The notes below the pieces were generated by a model. The model was not told the DNA's origin. It did no database searches and saw nothing but the letters and a program-made list of their open reading frames with translations. Shown here one piece after another: positions 60,961 to 64,000 of a DNA stretch of 64,000 bases. This stretch comes from Deltaproteobacteria bacterium. Lineage in GTDB: Bacteria > Desulfobacterota > Syntrophobacteria > Syntrophobacterales > Syntrophobacteraceae. The position numbers were made by a program, and so were the translations under genes. The stretch lies in assembly GCA_021813685.1 (NCBI GenBank), contig JAKAJS010000238.1, forward strand, positions 842 to 64,841. The letters are read 5' to 3'. Position 1 is the first letter of the stretch; each line of letters starts with the position of its first letter.

Positions 60961-62457
60961 TCACTTCGGGGCGAGGCCCCTTAGAGTATAGGCGTGCAGG
61001 CTCCCGGTTTCATCTGTCAGGTAGAGCGCTCCGTTTGCCACAACCGGGCTCTCCCAATGGATTGGGCCGATTCCGGCATTTTCCCAGAGCACTTTGCCGG
61101 TTTCGGAGTCGAGTGCGCGAATGGTTCCCGAGCGGGCACAAAAAAGGACCCCGTTTACCAGGAGCGGGGAGGTGCCTCCGGTTTTGGTGCGCCATAGTTC
61201 TTTGAGCCCCTTGCCGGGGGTAAGTTTCAGGGCCGAGAAGCCCCGGGAGTTGGCAAGATAGACCCGGGCCGTGCCATCTTTCGGATCGCTCCAGGAAGCA
61301 GGTGCCGAGAAGACCGGGCCTCCCTGCGGAAGCTCGATGGTCGCAGCACCTCCCACATGCCCGGGTCCCCCCCGTCCGCTGAGATTTTCCAGGTCTATCA
61401 GGCGCAGTTTCCCGTCTTTACCGCTTTGAACGGCAAGGTTGGAAGAAGGGGTGGAAAGAATCGCCGGGGCTGTGCTGCCAAGATCCAGGTCCGCTCGATC
61501 CAGCAGGTGGAAAATGCTCGGGGTATAGGAATCGACGGGTACGTCGTTTCTGCCCGTTCCATCGGGGTTAAGCGCCAGTACGGAATCTCCCCAGTCAAAC
61601 CGAGGGGGAGAAAAGGGCCCGTTTCCGGTCGCAAAGTAGATTCGATCGGTTTGGGGGCTATAGACCACACCGGCCCGAGCCCAAACGCCCGATTTTCGGG
61701 CCGGGCAGTCGGGTTGTTGCGGGCTTTGTGCGAAGTGTACGGGCCGATTGCTGCAAAGGGTGTTGAAAACCTTTTGAGAGCCGTCTGCAAGGTTTATGGT
61801 CGTAAGATGTCCCTGGTAGTCGCCCCTGTCGCCCAGATACCCCGAGTTGGCAACGTAGAGATAGCTTATGCCGTTTCTGGCCGTTGCGATCGTGAGGGCA
61901 GAGGAACCCTTCTCGTCGAAGGGTTTTCGGGTGGCAACCTCGGGCCATCCGCTCCCCCTGACTTCCGAGCCGTCTTGTACCCGGTATTTGTGGACGTACC
62001 CGTCCAGACCATAGGAGTACACAAACCGGAGGTCGGGATCGATGGCGGGGGAGGAAGTGGTATAGCAGGGAAGGGCGCCGCGATTTATCCGGCATTTGCC
62101 GGAAGGGTTTTCACCTTGCCACACCAGAGCCCCGCTCCTCGCGTCCAGGGCGATGATCCGACCGGTTTTGGCGGTCACAAAAAGAAGGTCCCTCACGCCT
62201 CCCGGAGTCTTTACGCCTCCGAGGTACACGGGAGCCCCGTCGGCTGCGGCCGGCAGCCGCACGGTAAAAAGCTCCCGGAGTTGGCCGACATTTTCCCTGT
62301 TGATCGTTCGTTCTAAAGAGTTGTTGCCGCTGTGTTGAGGATCGCCGTTGAACTGCAGCCAGTTGTAGGCAGAGGCTTGTCCAGGGAGAAGAACTAGAGT
62401 CAGAAAGCCTGAAATAACAAGCAAAAGTCTTGTTTTCCCGGTGCGGGATCGCGGCAT
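60961..62457 (-). CDS. secreted PQQ-like beta-propeller protein
   Basis: Signal peptide, WLQF, ALDARSGALVW, ALDSETGKVLW, SP repeats. Confidence 0.8.
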   Translation of the reverse strand: MPRSRTGKTRLLLVISGFLTLVLLPGQASAYNWLQFNGDPQHSGNNSLERTINRENVGQLRELFTVRLPAAADGAPVYLGGVKTPGGVRDLLFVTAKTGRIIALDARSGALVWQGENPSGKCRINRGALPCYTTSSPAIDPDLRFVYSYGLDGYVHKYRVQDGSEVRGSGWPEVATRKPFDEKGSSALTIATARNGISYLYVANSGYLGDRGDYQGHLTTINLADGSQKVFNTLCSNRPVHFAQSPQQPDCPARKSGVWARAGVVYSPQTDRIYFATGNGPFSPPRFDWGDSVLALNPDGTGRNDVPVDSYTPSIFHLLDRADLDLGSTAPAILSTPSSNLAVQSGKDGKLRLIDLENLSGRGGPGHVGGAATIELPQGGPVFSAPASWSDPKDGTARVYLANSRGFSALKLTPGKGLKELWRTKTGGTSPLLVNGVLFCARSGTIRALDSETGKVLWENAGIGPIHWESPVVANGALYLTDETGSLHAYTLRGLAPK

Positions 62458-62723
62458 GGAGTCCTCCTTGTGGGCAGTGTCTGCCCGATCGGTAAACTAT
62501 GGTTGCAATATAAGAACCCGAATTTTCCGTGAAACGGAAACGAGGGGAACCCTCACTCAAAACCCGCGCCAAAATTCCATTTTTTTTCTCGCGCGAGTGC
62601 GCGCCACAAAAGAGCTTGGAGGCGGAGCCGATGCGCGGGGCTTGTGGGCGAAAATTTGAAGTTTATAGTGTAGCTAGAGGCATGCCTACCAAAGATTACC
62701 TGAGAGTCCAAAGGAGAAGTGAA

Positions 62724-63074
62724 ATGAAGGTATTTGCGAAAAAAATTGGTACGGCCCTTTCGGTCCTACTGCTTGCAGGTCTTTTTCTGGTCTCCGGAGC
62801 GTTTGCGCAGACCGGAGGAGCTGCAGGCGAACCGGGAAGCGCCGGGGCCGGAATCGGCACCAGCAACCAGGGAGTCGAAACCTCTCCCGGCACCGGCAAC
62901 TTCAGGAGCGGTAACGGTATGAACACCGAGCCCGGCAATACCAATCCGGGGTATCAAAGTAATCCGGGCGGCGGCATGAATACCCAACCCGGTAACATGA
63001 ACCCGAATGACCAAAGCGGGTCCATGGGCGAGAACCAACCCGCATCGCCCGGCAGTTCGGAGTCCGGCGAGTAA
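62724..63074 (+). CDS. secreted low-complexity Gly/Asn/Pro-rich protein
   Basis: AAGGAG RBS, signal peptide ending AFA, internal repeat GMNT(E/Q)PGN(T/M)NP. Confidence 0.75.
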   Translation: MKVFAKKIGTALSVLLLAGLFLVSGAFAQTGGAAGEPGSAGAGIGTSNQGVETSPGTGNFRSGNGMNTEPGNTNPGYQSNPGGGMNTQPGNMNPNDQSGSMGENQPASPGSSESGE

Positions 63075-63192
63075 CCGATCAGTTCGGCTCCAGCCGAACG
63101 ACTTAGCGAGGGGGAATGAGGGCTCAATCGCCAGGTCGGGATTCGGCCTCATTCCTCCCGGGACTCCGGTTTATTCGAAAAGGATGATCACC

Positions 63193-63633
63193 ATGTTGTT
63201 TCCGGCATCTTTATGGCGAGTTCCCGAGCATACCGACCCCGAAGTGCTCGAAGACATAGAAAAACAGACCAAGGAAAATATAGGCAAATACGCCTCACAG
63301 GACCTGGAGAGCATAGAGAAAAGAATCGATGAGCTCGACCGGGAGTGGGACGTCGAAAGGGTATTGGAGGCCAATGCGGCAACGCTTGCGTTGGCGGGGG
63401 CGCTCCTTGCCACAAGAAACAGAAAATGGCTTCTGCTGCCCGCAGCCGTCACGGTATTTTTACTCCAGCATGCGCTGCAGGGGTGGTGCCCGCCTCTTCC
63501 CGTCCTGCGAAGGCTGGGATTTCGCACGCGAGGCGAGATCGACGAAGAAAAATTTGCCTTCAAATCGATTGTGGAAACGATAGGCAAGTTTAAAGGCGAG
63601 AACTCGCGAGCCGGTGAGGAAGCACGTCACTGA
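63193..63633 (+). CDS. YgaP/DUF2892-like membrane protein
   Basis: LDREWDVERVLE...FLLQHALQGWCPPLP..RRLGFRT..EI..EK. Confidence 0.8.
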   Translation: MLFPASLWRVPEHTDPEVLEDIEKQTKENIGKYASQDLESIEKRIDELDREWDVERVLEANAATLALAGALLATRNRKWLLLPAAVTVFLLQHALQGWCPPLPVLRRLGFRTRGEIDEEKFAFKSIVETIGKFKGENSRAGEEARH

Positions 63634-63651
63634 GCTTGCGTCGGGTTTTCC

Positions 63652-63999
63652 TCATCGATTGGCATCCCGCAGCATCGTGTAGAAGTTGAGGACTCTCTTG
63701 GTGTAGGAGTCGGTTGGCGGGGTGTCGTAACTGTCGGGGTTTCCCGTCATCCACCAGGATGCGGCGCGGCGTACGGCAATGGATTTGTTGCCGCAGATCG
63801 CAAACTGTTGGCGCAGGATTTTCCCCATGACGCAGGCAAGGATCTCGCGGGCCTGCCCGGGATCGGCTGCGAATTCTTCGGGGTCCATCGCCGTTCCCGT
63901 GCAGTTCTTCGACCAGCGGCGAATGTTTTGCGCCTTGATCTTCCAGTCGCTGTAGAGGCCGCTTTCGGGGTTTGCGCCGCGAGGGGCGGAAAGCCGCAA
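63652..63999 (-). CDS. conserved hypothetical protein, partial (start beyond window)
   Basis: GLYSDWKIK...RRAASWWMTG...YTKRVLNFY; runs off window edge. Confidence 0.6.
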   Translation of the reverse strand: MRLSAPRGANPESGLYSDWKIKAQNIRRWSKNCTGTAMDPEEFAADPGQAREILACVMGKILRQQFAICGNKSIAVRRAASWWMTGNPDSYDTPPTDSYTKRVLNFYTMLRDANR

Positions 64000-64000
64000 G

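Noticed and set aside
1..64000. rRNA, tRNA, prophage, intact IS or integrase
   Set aside because: None recognised by eye; a tRNAscan/Infernal run would be needed to exclude small RNAs.

Overview
GC-rich bacterial chromosomal segment; the gene content suggests an anaerobic Desulfobacterota/Syntrophobacteraceae-like organism (inference). Recognisable modules are a Liv-type ABC transporter, DegP, a group 1/2-like sigma-70, two type II toxin-antitoxin pairs, the histidine-utilisation genes hutU-ftcD-hutI and hutH, a sulfotransferase/flippase/B12 radical SAM trio, a TauE/ClC/cytidylate-kinase-like operon with a split two-component system, chrA, lexA, a CoA-persulfide reductase-like gene, LysR/OsmC, a large STK-AAA-GAF-PAS histidine kinase and dnaJ paralogues. 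Several pseudogene-rich tracts lie between them. Main highlights: (1) a cas-less CRISPR array (15 repeats of 37 nt, 14 spacers, 4261-5372, probably transcribed from the - strand) that sits with its leader inside a decayed SDR gene. Its spacers read as protein-coding on the + strand, one as a Walker B motif, so the crRNAs would be antisense to mRNA (type III-like). Two unknown genes lie downstream of it. (2) A membrane-anchored upstream ORF ending in an RGPP arrest-like motif ahead of the sigma factor and degP. (3) A candidate LexA direct-repeat operator overlapping a sigma70 promoter that drives an unknown gene plus lexA. (4) A triple 11-bp-period OmpR/PhoB-type box ahead of the TauE operon. 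(5) A group IIC intron 5' relic, a dispersed twin-hairpin repeat and a pseudokinase domain. All calls come from motif recognition by eye; no database searches were run.
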